This document shows positions 1-13,603 of a DNA stretch of 64,000 nucleotides, in pieces. The notes below the pieces were generated by a model. It made no database searches. It saw only the letters and a list, made by a program, of their open reading frames with translations, and was not told the origin of the DNA. The stretch lies in assembly GCA_964057225.1 (NCBI GenBank), contig OZ059894.1, positions 6,262,001 through 6,326,000 on the forward strand, in the 5' to 3' direction. Both the position numbers and the translations under genes were made by a program. This stretch comes from Auanema rhodensis. Taxonomy: Eukaryota > Animalia > Nematoda. Each line of letters opens with the position of its first letter. Position 1 is the stretch's first letter.

Positions 1-1418
1 TTAGTTGCTGCTTTCAGGCAATGTTCCTTTCCACCGTTCAAGGTAACTGTAATACGGGGTCCAGCCTTTTTGTGGTTATTTCCAACAACGAGTCCTGGAT
101 CATTCTCATCTCTGTATATATTGATTATAGTACCAAATGAGCATCTACACATACTCTTCAGCATCCATAACAATAGATTTGCCTGGTGGCACAGTTAGCC
201 TGTTAATCAAAGAAGTTTTAGCTGGAGCTTCTTGTGGTTTATATTTTGAAGATGATGGCTAAAAAAATGTATATATATTTTTTGAATATATCTTAAAATT
301 TATGTACTTTAGCGGCACCTGACGAGCTTCCATACCCGGCACTAGCACTAGCTTCCGATAATGCTTTCATAAACATTTGAGATCTTGATTTAGCTTCTTT
401 TTCACTGCAAAATTTCGTTTGAAACATAATAAATATTTTAAAAATATACTCTGGAATAGGACGAGGTTTTCTCTTTACAATAACTTGCGATGAAACTCTG
501 GCCATTTCTGGACTAGCATTCATGTTTCTCGATGTTACTACGGAAGACGGGACCTTGAAATAAATATTTAAATTTATAAAATAACTAAAATACCTTTTTG
601 AATGCATTTTCATCGGAATCATAGGAAGCTTCAGAGCATGATCTCGACCTGGAACGACGACTCCTTGATTTAGTATTTAATTTGACACGTCGATCTTCTT
701 CTCTCCTTTAGTGAAAGTAAAATTACAATAATCAAAAAGATAAAAATATAACTATACTTTTCGCGTTCTCTCCGTCTTCTTTCATCCTCTCGTAATCTTT
801 CCTGTATAATAATAATTATTATTAAAAAATAGAAAATAAATTACCTTTTCTTTTCTTTCTTTTTCACGTTCTTTTTCTTTTTCTCTCTCCTTTTCTCTCT
901 CACGTTCTTTCTCTCTCTCTCGTTCTCTTTCCTTAGCTTTAGCTCGATTTTTTTCTGTAGAATCAGCTGGTTCACCCTTAGGCTCTCGTGGTCCAGATAC
1001 ATCCTAAAAATTAATCATTTAGTTTCACTTGATAGGAATATTAACTTTTTTTTTATGATCCTCATTAGGCTTAGGTTTCGAAGAACTTCCAGAGCCGCCT
1101 GTTAACCTTTCACACACTTCAAATAACCTGTAACAGAAATTATATATACATATATAATTCCAGTATGAGACGTACCAATCAACAAATGTCCCTGTAGCTT
1201 TTCCCATGAATAGGATTAAGTTGTCCTTCATTTCAGCCATGTCCTTCTTATTAGCTATCATAAGCATTATATACTGAAGAAGGTCTTTGTCTGCAGACAC
1301 ATCGAGTTCTTCCAATTTTGTTTTGATTGCCAACTGAAAACTTAAGTTGCAAAATTTTATAATAGAAGAAACTTACTTTTAATTTGGTAGAAATTTCTTC
1401 TGTAAATGCGGTACCCAT
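1..1418 (-). CDS. sut-2: ZC3H14/Nab2-family poly(A) RNA-binding protein (SUT-2-like), 5' part only; multi-exon, continues beyond the left edge
   Basis: ATG at 1418. Exon 1 (1418-1377, MGTAFTEEISTKLK) splices to 1333 (LAIKTKLEELDVSADKDLLQYIMLMIANKKDMAEMKDNLILFMGKATGTFVDW), matching the PWI-like N-terminal domain of ZC3H14 (EISRKIRSAIKGKLQELG...YIMVMVANKK). An RE/KE-rich region follows (about 780-950). The CCCH zinc fingers lie outside the window. Confidence 0.85.
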
Positions 1419-2111
1419 TTTTGACCACTAAAAAATTATATTAATTTAACATTTTGGTGAAAACTAAATAAAATAATGCATTTTAATCTATTTAACACGT
1501 AAAAATAAACATTTGGAGGTTTATCATAGAATAGGCAAACAACGTCGTTTCGAATTTGCAAAAGTATATTCAAAGTTTGGGGCGTGGCCAGCTGTGCAAC
1601 GGGTGCATGGCAATCTCTCCCCTGGCGAAATATGTTCAACTGTTGATAATCAGCAATAAGATTTACATAAACATTTTAATGTACACATTGAGTTGAGAAC
1701 TTTTTTATAATATAATGTCAATATATTTTTTCATTAAAATAAAAGTAACATTCGCACTGAATTAAATGTTTATCATTGTTAAAATGATATAATCAACATC
1801 GTAGACGTGGATATTTAAACGATATAATTAAGCTTAAGATATTGATCGCAGAATAGGGTGTCCTGTGTAATCTATCATATTGATGATCTATCGCTGAAAC
1901 CTGTGTTCGCGCGATCGTTCTTTCTCTGGTCGTGGTATAATCATGCTCTATGTATTTCAGTTAATGTGATTAATCATTAGTGGGGTGTTTACCTCTTTCT
2001 ACCCTATTACATCTTTTCGGCAGTTTTTGTTATATGATGTTTGTTTAGAGAGGTTTAAGAGGTAATTTATTCTTTTTTTATGCATATCTAGTCTTTTAAC
2101 TGTAGCTAGGT
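1419..2111. promoter_or_regulatory. Divergent intergenic/promoter region between sut-2 and sos-1
   Basis: About 690 bp between head-to-head start codons at 1418 (-) and 2112 (+). Confidence 0.55.
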
Positions 2112-5100
2112 ATGACGGAAGTTTCGTCAAAGTTGGATAATGTTTCTCTAATGAGTAAATTAAGTATAGGTGATACACAATGGGGGCAACATTACGTCGA
2201 AAGAATCTATCAGGTGAGTTCAGATTGATTTAAATGTCCGAAAAAAGGTATTCAGATCTGTGGTCAAATAAATCCAGGTATGGCTATTGATCTTGATGCT
2301 GTCTTACATATAAAGGACACTATAATTAGGATTCTTGCTGAGGTTTTCTGTATATATGATAAAATGTAAACGAATATTGTTAAGATTCTGGAACCACGCC
2401 CTATGAGCGTATCTGAATTAGAAAAAACTATTCTTCGTGTATTCCCTAAAAGTTTTCATTGGGTTGCTAAGGTTATTTGACAAAAAAACAACAAAACTCT
2501 TCAGGAAAAATTGCTTCAGGAAGCAGCTGAAACCGTATCACATACTAGTCTTCGAAAATTGCATACTGGTCGCTTTGGCTTCTCCCGACAACATGAATTC
2601 CAATCAAAAATGATCAGTCTGGTGGAGGTTCGGACACAAACTTCTGTGAATATTGTAGGCCAACTTTAGAGTGTACTGGGACCTCGAGAAAATGAAAAGA
2701 GAGATCGAGAACAAGAAAAGGAGATAGAAAGATTAGGCTTCTTTGTACAAGCAGTTTGCGAAGGTTTAACTGAGGTTTAATAAATTCATAGAGATATTTT
2801 TGCTAATAAAAGTTCTAGGATATTTTACAATGGACCGGAAATTATGTGAAGCATATTCGTAGCTCAGATCCAAAAATTACTCTTCAAAATTTGCAAATAG
2901 CTATGAATGCTGATAAGGTAAATTTAAAAAATCTAATCAAATAAAGATACAACTAAACATCTATAGGGCCTTATGCAACTTACCAATTTTGTTAATAAGG
3001 AAGAAGAAGATGTATTTGTTGGTGGATTTTTTTCAAATTTTTCTGACTATGAAGAGGATGTTGTCGACGCGAACACTTCTATGCCTAGCGTTACTTACGA
3101 ATCGGTAATGTTATTATATTTTCACGTGAGCATGTCACGTAATTCTTTCGCTAACGAATAATTTCATTTATGCTCTTGATTTTCACAGAACTGGTCGATC
3201 TAGTTGTCTTTATTAATAAAACTAATTCATATGTTTAGATTGCACATGAATTTCTAAAGGAAGAGAGACTGTATCTCCGCGAATTGAATCAAGCCAATAT
3301 TTTCCGAAGACGATTGGAGACTTATTTAAAAGATGATGATAAAGTAAGCTTAATTCAAGAATGAATCATTTATTAAAATTTTCAGGAACTGCTGAAACAG
3401 TTATTCGGCAATTTAAATGAGATTCACGATCTAACCATGAAAGTAGAAAGAACGTTGGAGGATTCCATAGAAATGAATGACGGCTTGTGTATAGGAATGG
3501 GATTTTGGGAATTATCGGAAGCCCATGAATTTGACGCGTAACGTTTCTAATTTTGTTATTTCTATATTTTCGGTATTGTAGGTATTTATCATATCTTTTA
3601 CGTGGAGACGACGACGAACAAATGTATAATACTGCTGTGGAGTCTTGCATAAATGAACTTCTTATTAATCCACAGTATGCTCATATCTTTACGGTAACTT
3701 CATATTTTTTCCTGTTATTATATTTATACTTAGAATGATGATGGTGGCTACGCAAACTCTCTTGAAGGTACAACTTTTCGTTTGGCTGTGAGATGTGTTC
3801 TCTCCAATCTTCTGAATGCTCCTATTATGCACATTTTCAGATACCTGGATTATATAAATGTAAATAGCATTTAAAAATATTTTCTGTTTTATTTTACTAA
3901 TATAGAAATTGTTACGGTTCTGTCAAACAGAAGAAGATAGATCAGATTTGGAAAATTGCAAACTATACTTAAGCAGCGTTGTCAACAAAATTGAAAATCA
4001 ATGTTCTCATTTGAAATCTCGAATTAAACAGTATGTTTTTATTTTCTTATGTGATCATGAATATCTATTACTTTTTTAGAGAACAAGCTGCCAGAAATGA
4101 TTCACGAATGTCGCAGGTTAAAAAGCTGCAGAATATTCAATATACCATTGATGGATTTGAAGGTAATCCCATCGGCCAAACATGCAACGAACTAGTGAAA
4201 GGTAAAAATTAATTATTATTATTATAATACTTTTGTTTTTGTAGAGGGTAATCTTCGAATGGTTCGTCCTTCTGTTGCTATAACGGCTGACATTACCAAA
4301 AAGGGTAAATGGGCAACAGAACGGTATATCAGATTTCCAGAAAAATCATTAAATAATTGAATAATTTCTAGTTATATCTACCTTTTCGATCAATTAATTG
4401 TTTTTTGTAAGAAACACAGATCTACAATCAAGTTCAAAGCCAGAGCAGCTGTGCCTATACTCGATGTGGTTGATCTCGGCAATGCTAATGGTAATAGCTA
4501 TAGTATAATTATTGAAAAAAACTTCTTGATTCAGGTCTAAAACACTCATTTCGCTTGGATATCAGGGAGAAAAGTGGAGAGATGAAGTCATACACTATGG
4601 TATGTAAAAGTGTTGAAGAAAAATCTGCTTGGTTATCTGCTCTTGTTACTGTAACTACGAAGGGGTATTTTCTTTGTTTCGTTATTATAACCTATTTTTT
4701 TATTCTCTTTAGACTGCTCGACAGAATTTTAGATAGCTATCAAAAAGATGAATCTAAGCGGATTCCTCTAATAATTCCGACTCCTGAACAATACAGGTAA
4801 AGCTTTCAACAATAACAATAAAATAAAAAAGCACTATGTGATTAAAGATATGCTGAAGCCGATTCTGAAGAAAATATCATCTTCGAAGATTACACTTCTA
4901 GTAGTGGAGTGCCTGAAATAAAAAGCGGTACTGTATTAAAGCTTGTAGAACGTCTCACTTATCATCAGTAAGTTGTTTTCATCTTGTGCAGTTTTCAACA
5001 GCGTTTTAGATATACTGATAGTAAATTTGTTCAAACATTCTTGATATCGTATCGTACTTTTACAACTCCTAATGATTTGCTGGATCTTCTTATTGAGCGC

Positions 5101-8100
5101 TTCAATGTTCCCATTCCCCTTAAATTGCAAACCCAAGAGATGAGGTACTTGGAAAAATGTTTTCAGAAAAATTTGAATTGTTTTACAGAGGTGGACCTCT
5201 TGCTGGTAGATATGACACGGTTCAGTCTCACGGGTTATCTTCTGGATCGCTACTGTCCAATCGTATTCAAGAACAATGCTATCAACGTTTTAGAAAGGAG
5301 TATGAGCGTCCTATTCATAGAAGGTATTCCGTGTTTCTCACTGTTTGTACATAATACTCAAATTTTCAAGAGTGCTAGCTGTTATGCAGCAATGGGTTAA
5401 AAAACATTGGTCTGACTTTGACAATGATCCCCAATTATTAGAGAAGTTAAAAGATTTTCTGCAGAAGTCTTGCGAAACGCAGGGAAAACTGATCAATCAG
5501 CATAAAAAATTTTGTAAGAGTATTATTGTGAGTGTTGTGTTGTGTATATTTCGCCTATTGTTCTGTGCTCATCTCAAATTTTAAGGCGCTAATTGAGAAA
5601 TTAATTGTTAAAAGTGCTGGACCAATTGAAGCTCAAGCGTCAAATACAGTTTTCGACTTTGATGGCGTAGCTGCTCAAAATAATCGAACTAACCAATTTC
5701 AGCCTAAAAAACCGGAGGTATTAACATCTTACGTATTTTTGATACATAAACTGTTTAGATTGTGTGGCATGTTGCTAAAAAGGGGGACATTGAAAACTAT
5801 GATCTCCTCACTTTACATCCTTTGGAAATTGGACGGCAGGTTTTTTTTTAATAGAGTATCATTAATTATTCTGTTTTTATTTTCTAGCTAACGATATTAC
5901 ATTTCGATCTGTATCGAGCAATTAAACCTAGTGAATTAGTTGATGCAGCATGGACAAAGCCTGATAAACGGCAACGTAGTCCACAACTGCTCAAGCTGAT
6001 TGGTCATTGTACATTGGTATAACTCTTATGATTATCTTGTATGCAATTCCGTTATATTTAGTTAACATATTGGGTATGCCGTTCAATAGTCGATACAGAT
6101 TCAATGGATGAACGAGTAGCCATGTTTAGCCGAGCATTAGAGGTTGTAAAAATCAAACCTTTATGATTATTATTTTTATCGTGTTAAGGTTATGACGGTG
6201 TTTGAAGAATTGCATAATTTCACAGGAATAGTAGCTTTTCTATCTGCTCTTCACTCTTCCAGTGTGAATAGATTGAAAAATTGCTGGGATGTAACGATAA
6301 GCTAAATTTTTCTATTATGATACATTTTTTTTCAGAAACTAGATAGCGAAAAGTTCCAATGCTACACCAGATTTGACAATTTATGTGATTCCAGATATAT
6401 TAATTTAACTAAGAGATTGAAAAGTATCAATCCTCCTTGTGTTCCTTTCTCGGGTATCAACATATTCGATAATTATCATTTATTTATGTTTACAGGGTTG
6501 TATATGTCTACAATTTTCCGATATGAAGCTGGTAATAGTACATTTGTAAAAAACACCCCCGCCGCTGCAGAGAAAGCTAGGGAGAAAGCACAATCTGTTT
6601 GTAAAAACCACTATTTCGAATAATTAAGTCATTTTTGTAGGAGCAGAATAGCAATGAACCATCTTCTCCTCCTGCTGTCGGAAGTAACAAACGAGTGTTA
6701 GTATCGTTTTTCAAATGCCGGAAAATAACCGACCAGATTCGAGAAATCCAGATGTATCAAGATCAACCGTATTATCTACAGGTTGAACCATCCATCAGGG
6801 TACGTTTTTGAAAGCATTAACATATTGTAGTAAACACGAGCAATTATGTTATTAGTTGGTTTATACCTTGACAGATATGTCATAGTTTAGCTGATGATTA
6901 ATAGTATTCTGTTGGATCATTACCACACTAATTATATGTTCCAAAATACTCCTAAAATTATAATTTCAGCAATATTTTGAATCAATCAATCCTACATCGG
7001 ATTTTAATGAAGACGAAGAGGCTTTTCAAACTTATTTGTATAATAGATCGGTCTTGATACAACCTAAGGATGCAGATAAACCTCCTTTGAATAACGTTAG
7101 TTCTTTTTCATATGTAGTTTCATTGACATGACGTTTGTTTAGAAATCAAAACGCCCTCCTCATGTTTTGAAGTCTCCTGGCATCAAACCACCTAAATCTA
7201 ATGTATATACAATGAACACTTCTTCTCATCATCCACAAGCCATGACTGTGCCCAATACTCCAAATCCAGACATGGACGGGTAAAGTTTGAAACTTTTTTG
7301 GGCCTTTCATCTCTTAGTATAAATAATTTATTGAAATAAAATTCTTTCAGACCTAAATCTGCTTTCTTAATGTCGACAAAAGACGACAGTCAGATGTCTG
7401 TTGACTCACACCATATGCGACATTATTCTGGTGAAGGTCCTACTGCGCGACGGATGCAACCTCTACCAAATATTGGTTAGCTGTTCTGTAACTTTCAAAA
7501 TTCTATAATTATATATTAGGTCTATTACCGCCTCCTCCAACATATACTCGTAAGACATCTCCAAAAGCTCCAGCTCCCCTCATTCCATCTGCTGGTCAAC
7601 CTTTTCTACATAAAATGCAGCCTAAGTCTCCGTTGTCAGCTAAAACTCCGCCTACTCCAATGTCGGCTAATCGCACAACAGCTGGTATATCCTTTTTTAG
7701 CTATATATCTCAATACTTCATTATCAGATGCTTTTGTATTTCCTTCAACAGAACCATCTGGTACCCTTCCGATCCGTAATCATCGCTATTCTGGTGATGG
7801 AAATACTATTAGCGAACAAAAAATTGTTTATGAGAGGTATTTTCGGTTTTCTTTCTTCTTTCCGAGTTTTAATTTGAATTCATTAAAAGATTTTTAAAAA
7901 ACCTATTCTTAATTCAGACCTCGCTCCACTGAAGCACATTCCCCTACCGTTTGCCTTTCTGTACCCTTGCCACCAGCCTTGCCACCTAAAAGAACAGTAA
8001 ATGCACAGAATGCCCTACCTCTTCCACCTGCATTACCCCCAAGAAGAGTGGCTCAAGTGCAGCCAACTAGGATAAGGTACGAAACCGTATTCTCATATCA

Positions 8101-8203
8101 CTATTTATTCATTTTCAGCCGTGGAGCTTCTCCACCACCTCCACCACTGCCACCTAAAACTTACAAGCAGAGACTGAACAGTCCGGACCTTCCTCGCCCT
8201 TAA
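2112..8203 (+). CDS. sos-1: Son of sevenless Ras/Rac guanine nucleotide exchange factor (histone fold, DH, PH, REM, Cdc25, Pro-rich tail); multi-exon
   Basis: Hand-spliced peptides: histone fold ([18 protein letters not shown]; [15 protein letters not shown]), DH ([14 protein letters not shown]; [15 protein letters not shown]), PH ([15 protein letters not shown]), REM ([15 protein letters not shown]...[16 protein letters not shown]; [15 protein letters not shown]), Cdc25 ([13 protein letters not shown]; [12 protein letters not shown]; [23 protein letters not shown]), then PPALPPKR / PPALPPRR / PPPLPPK motifs. Stop TAA at 8201-8203, AATAAA at 8587-8592. Confidence 0.97.
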
Positions 8204-8393
8204 AAATAATTCCATATAGTCTTTCTTTTGTTTGTCGTTAATTTAATAATTTGTTGGTTTTTTTAGCTATGAGATCTGATTCTTAATAGTGTTTTTTTGC
8301 ATTTATATTGATATCATATGGTTGAAACCGATTATATGATATCGCTTGTACTTAGATGGTTTTGCTCAAATTTTTTGTGCCTTTTCTCTTTTG

Positions 8394-8556
8394 TTTCTTT
8401 CCTCTGAAAATTGCCTTGGATTTTAAATATCTGAGAGATTATAGATTACTGTGATAAAATTATTAATATTAATCATATTTATGCTGTGCACAACGAGGAT
8501 TATATCTGCTCACGCTTTGCATTATCATTAATTACGGCTGTCATATTGTAATCTGA
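8394..8556 (+). repeat. 163-bp near-identical direct repeat, copy 1 (sos-1 3' UTR)
   Basis: Base-by-base match to 15763-15925 with a single mismatch (ggattTtaaatatc vs ggattTAaaatatc region). Confidence 0.95.
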
Positions 8557-9573
8557 AAATGTTTAAACTTTTTTCCTTTTTTTCCGAATAAATAGTTTTT
8601 ACGGCTTTCTGTTCTTTCGATACTTAAGCAAGCTCAGAAAAAGAGTAAGATTATGTTGTTGAATCAGTGATTAGAGCAATAGAGATAATATATTGTTCTT
8701 GATTTATTTTAAAAGCCACTGCAGATAGATCATCAACAATCAAATAAGCATATCTAGTGTTGCTAATATTTCAAAAATGTTAGAACTTCATTATGTTTTT
8801 ATCATTCTTTTAAATTTTTTAACTGCATATACCTCTATATAGTTATCAGCACATAACTTTATATTAATTTAAAATATAGTTGTTATTATCATTATACATA
8901 AATATGATTAATACGTAATATTCTTAATTAATTAAAATCAGTTATGATCTATTGGGAAAATCATTTAATTTATTCAAACAAATAAATGAACAAAAAACAT
9001 ATAAATTAACATTTATAAAGCTAATGGGATTGAATCATAATATTATTAATATATGGGATATTAACATTTTCTTTTTTTTCAGTTTTTCTTGCGAAGAAAC
9101 TAAATATATTCTCATCTAATCAAGTACAATTATATTAAATACTAATATTAATAAACACAAATTGTGAATAATGTTAGAAAGAATAATGAAACTTTGTTAG
9201 TCATAGCTCAATATGCAACTGCTGATTTTGCATTCATCTGTCTCTTTTACTCCTTTTTTTCTCTAATTCTTAACATCTTTTCCTGCCTCTTTCATCAGTG
9301 GCTGTTTTATATCTCAAGAGGAATTGAATATTCGTTGACTAAATTATGATGAGTCATATTTGTAGGGAATCAATAAGCTTTAGCTGATATTATTTATATT
9401 CAGTATAACTGATTCATAGCCAGTTTGAAAACTCCGCCTCGTTTGCATTGGCATTTAGAGGATTGTTTATAAGATTTAATAGATATTCGTATTTGGTCAC
9501 TTTTATTCATCTTCTTTCACTCTTTATCTCACTTTGCTATTAACATATTAACACCTTACATCAGGTAACTATC

Positions 9574-10047
9574 ATGCTATGCTCTTCATATTTGGAGCAT
9601 AACAGTGTAATTCCCTGGCGGCGAACACACAACAAAGAACGGTTAGTGGACGAAGAAGACGCTTTTCATGAGAATATATTCCAACCTGTTGCCGCTTGTC
9701 TTTTAGTTCAAAAGGTGTTGCTTCTGGATACATTACCAACACACCATTCATGCAACGCATATTTGCCTATAGCTCACTGTACTTCTAATACTCTACCTAT
9801 TCATCAATATCAAGATAAAAACAAAATTTATATGGATTATGAGAACCAATTATTCTCATCACTATCATTATCATCATCAAAAACAACGTCTTCATCTTCA
9901 TCATATCGGTCACAGCAACATTCACACTGCTGTCAGAACTATCTACGTTCCATGAAGTTATCACGTAATTCTCAGAAACGACGAAAAGAACAAATGTGTC
10001 ATTGTTTGTACGTTTTTCTAAATTTTTTGAAAAAGATTTTCACTTGA
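9574..10047 (+). CDS. Orphan 157-codon ORF, possible exon of an unknown gene
   Basis: ATG-initiated open frame that is long for this AT-rich DNA; Ser/His/Cys-rich; donor-like GTACGTTTTT at 10008. No recognisable domain. Confidence 0.25.
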   Translation: MLCSSYLEHNSVIPWRRTHNKERLVDEEDAFHENIFQPVAACLLVQKVLLLDTLPTHHSCNAYLPIAHCTSNTLPIHQYQDKNKIYMDYENQLFSSLSLSSSKTTSSSSSYRSQQHSHCCQNYLRSMKLSRNSQKRRKEQMCHCLYVFLNFLKKIFT

Positions 10048-10672
10048 TTTCACATGCTTTGTTTCTTTTATTATTATTAAATCATTTGATTAAATATTTA
10101 TATCTGAATAATGAATCAAACACCCGAAAGCTATTTGTATTCAAAAGGCGGGTATATGTTGTCTTTGTTTTCTAAATAAAGCATTTTAATTATGATAATT
10201 CATCAATATGCATTATCTAGTTTTACGTAGATGATTATAAAATAGGAAATAGCCGGAAATTAAAATACTCTTGTAATAGTTAGAGCTGAATATGACTCGT
10301 ATGTAGATATAAAATGAAAAAATTTGAAATAATCCTCATCAATTCCGTTGTAATGTCAAGATTGTACCTTGATCTCAACTCCCAACGGAAGAGAATCATC
10401 ATTGTCATCTTTTTGACAGACTTGTCATCACTTTTATAAAGATTCATGTCATTTGATGCAGGATTTATTTCGTCCATATCCAATCATCCGTACTGCTACC
10501 TGACTAATCAAGCTGTGAACATCCACCATACTTCCTTATGGCAAACTGCTCACCTCTTAATAATACGTGTGAATTACTTTTGATGACTGCATATACTCCT
10601 GGTGATGTGGCTCGAGTAATGAGGGCAAGCTGAGATGAAGAGTCGGGATGGGAGGAGTGATGGAAGATGACA

Positions 10673-10682
10673 GGGGCGGGGC
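10673..10682 (+). promoter_or_regulatory. GC box (Sp/KLF-type GGGGCGGGGC) in a locally GC-rich, promoter-like stretch
   Basis: Perfect GGGGCGGGGC, unusual in this AT-rich window, about 130 nt upstream of the ATG at 10814. Confidence 0.45.
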
Positions 10683-10813
10683 TGCAACACTCACTTGAAC
10701 TGGATCACTGGTCCTCCTAACACATAACATTACTTACATTGGTACATATTCACCTCTGACAGTGTACTAGCAGTTTTCTCCTAATCTCACTTGACTTCGA
10801 TTAGTGATCAACA

Positions 10814-10852
10814 ATGGTTTTCCTTGTGATTTGTCTACGTCCTGAAGAGGCA
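10814..10852 (+). CDS. Candidate short first coding exon (MVFLVICLRPEEA), in frame with the duplicated SOS tail
   Basis: caacaATGG start context, 13 codons, then a consensus donor GTAAGT at 10853 in phase 0, matching the phase-0 TTTCAG acceptor before 13604. Confidence 0.4.
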
Positions 10853-13603
10853 GTAAGTTTTTTTCTTTTCTTTTCTTATTTATTATGGTTATATAATACA
10901 TTGAGAATACGTTCAAAATTGTCTTATGTACTTCATTCAAAATATGGTAAAGGCCTGTTTACTATACGATTCATTAATTTCGGCTGTTGCCTCTCACTAG
11001 AAACAGGTGGCAAATCATAGCACTAGTTTAGTATATTTCAGTCTTAATTATGAACACCTCATGCTGAGGACATGAGGGTCCATATCTATGTGTCCTAATC
11101 ATCTCATTACTTCTCCTAATAGCTAATAGGTACATTTTCGTTAGTGTTATGGTCATCATCTGTTGCCCATACATAGATCAAATTGCTAACTGATGATGTC
11201 AGATTACGGTTTATGATTTGCTAAAATCACACCATTTCTTATTGCTATTCCTATACCAATCTCATATATTCAATTAATATTTTAAAATTCAATGCAGTTA
11301 ATGCTTCACATTTGATATTTTGATTGATACAAAGTTTTTGACATGTATTGGAACTCGTCCTGTTTTTTTTTCGAACAATTTTTTTCGTCAAAAAAAGTTC
11401 TCCATCAATTCTTTTCCGCTGTGATAATATGTCCTAAAAATCTTCAGTTTTACCTTTTTTTTTGTGTTGTAGCAAGTAGAAGTGTCATCAAGTCCTCAAG
11501 ACAATAGGCCATTGTTTCATTAAGTGGATTAGGAGTATTTATTTGTTAAGATGTGGCTTTGATATGCCGTCTATAACCTTTTAAAGGAGTCACACGGTTA
11601 ATTAAGATTGTTAAAAGGTAAAACATGCCGACAATCCTCCTGGCAACCTGGAAAGCTGCTCAGTAGGGGGTAGTCATGAGAGCTGTGTGAAAATCTCACA
11701 AATCTGATCTGTACCTTCTTCCCAGCATTGTTCATCTGTTTTTCAAAGTGTGCTGGATCACTTTTTACTTCTTTTTTCTTTCGAAATTTCAATGAAACCA
11801 AAATGTATCTTGGTTTCTCTTCATCCACGCAACTTGCGTAACACTTTAGTTCGATTCCGGTGAGAAAGTTGGAATGTTATTCATCAACATCGCCATCCTA
11901 TTGTGTTGCTAACATTCTAAAAGACATAGAAATATGTTCTATCTATGTATTCCTTTATTGGTTAACATCTTATTATTTCGTTTCCTAGCTGTATAATTTT
12001 TCTTTTGTTACTTTGTCTTGTAAAAAAATCATATAACAGATGAGAATTGGTAAGAGAGTGAAAAAGCGAGCGATAGAGAGAAAGAGAGTAAAAGGTAAAA
12101 GAGAAAAACAATGTATGAATATATGAGTGAAAAGAAAAGCTATATGGTGATGATGATGTGAGGATACTTGCGAATTACGCAACATGAATCATTCTATTCT
12201 TAAGCTTTTGACAGGTGCTCGTTGTAGTATAATTGGGTACTGGATACCAAGTGATCATCTGCTACATTACCTGCTTCTCTTTGACCCATTAAATAGGCTG
12301 GCTACTACTAAAAAATACAAAAAAGCTCTATTGTATAATTAAGTGCTTTGTAAAAACCATATACCATAAAGCCAGGAAGATTGCAGTTCGTTTGTAAGAT
12401 TGCCAAAGCTTTTATCATTATGGATTCAACAGCTTTGAGAATCAGTTATTTATTAAGTCATCAGCTTTGATACAAACATTTAAGCATATGAAAGACAACT
12501 TTCAGCTATCTGATTTCTCTCCTCACATGTATTTATTTGTTTTCTCGTCATAGATGCCCATTTTATCAAAATAATTTGATCAGCCAACTTGTTGTCTTAG
12601 CATTTCTAAGTCGACATCTTCCGCTTTTACTTAGGTCATATGATTAAAGAACTTATTTTTCGCGCATTGTGATAACGGAATTCGTTGAGCTCGAATTCGA
12701 TTAATCGCTTCAGTGATTTCTGGCTTCAACAGAACATCGCTAAATGGTGATGTTTTGATAAATGAAAAACAGTGAATGACACAACTCATGGATGTGTTGA
12801 GAGATCATTGAGAAAAATGTGAGAAGTATGTAGAGAGGGAAGCGAATGATGAGAGAGAAAGAGAAGGGGGGGGGGAAACATTAATGAAAGATACTTCGAT
12901 CATACAGTCAAAATAATGAGAAAAAGATTGAAGAAATGAGAGCGACTAGACTAAACAGACAGCCAGTTTTACTGAATCCTTTTTCGCGTTTTTTTGCTAG
13001 CTCACTAAGTCTGGTTGCCAGTTCTGCTTGTCATATCTCGTGATCAGCGTATCTTTCGTGTTTACCGACTGTTTCCGGTCATCGTTGACCCTGCAGAAGT
13101 TTTTCTTCTGATCTAGTTCTAGCCTTCCAGCGATGATGTCGTTATGATTTTTATTTTTTCTTCTCTTCTGGCTTCATATCATCTCTTGTTTGTCTGCTCA
13201 CCATATTTGGCGTTGACGTTAAACCTTCAAGCGTAGGCCAGCCGCGTGGCTGCGAATGTTATTAATATTTTTGCTGTTTCTTTATTGTTTCAAAAAATAG
13301 AAAAAAAAACTTACTTATAGAATGAATTCATTTCATTTCTGCTGTGTTTGTCCTCAATCTCCTTCAGCTACAAAAGAGTATCAGGTAGATTTTCAACCTG
13401 TCTCAATTTGTAAACTACAAATTGAGCATTATTATGGCTTAATGCCAAGAGTACTTTGCAAATGTTTTTCCTTGTTTTGAATGAAGTCATAGGACGTCTG
13501 TAGTACTGAACTAGTTGGGTCAATGATAGTTCGCGAACTATTATTGATCCAAATTCTCTTAAAAAAAACTTTCTTATCAAATTATTTTTTTAATTGTTTT
13601 CAG

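Noticed and set aside
978-1076. TTAGGC words (nematode telomere repeat)
   Set aside because: Only one or two isolated units inside sut-2 coding exons; no array and no sign of a telomere-addition site.
8443-8554. SECIS interpretation of the conserved 3' UTR hairpin
   Set aside because: No AUGA/GA quartet with an apical AA in the right geometry, and no in-frame UGA in sos-1.
11845-11865. GTTCGATTCC, resembling a tRNA T-loop / B-box
   Set aside because: No T-stem complementarity, acceptor stem, D-arm or A-box upstream; it cannot be folded as a cloverleaf.
11598-11880. About 90-codon open stretch on the minus strand
   Set aside because: No ATG start, clear splice signals or recognisable transposon or protein motif.
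13368-13384. 17-nt micro-exon candidate (CCTTCAG|...|GTAGAT) upstream of the duplicated tail
   Set aside because: It needs a phase-1 upstream donor to be in frame and none was convincingly found; it could only be a non-coding exon.
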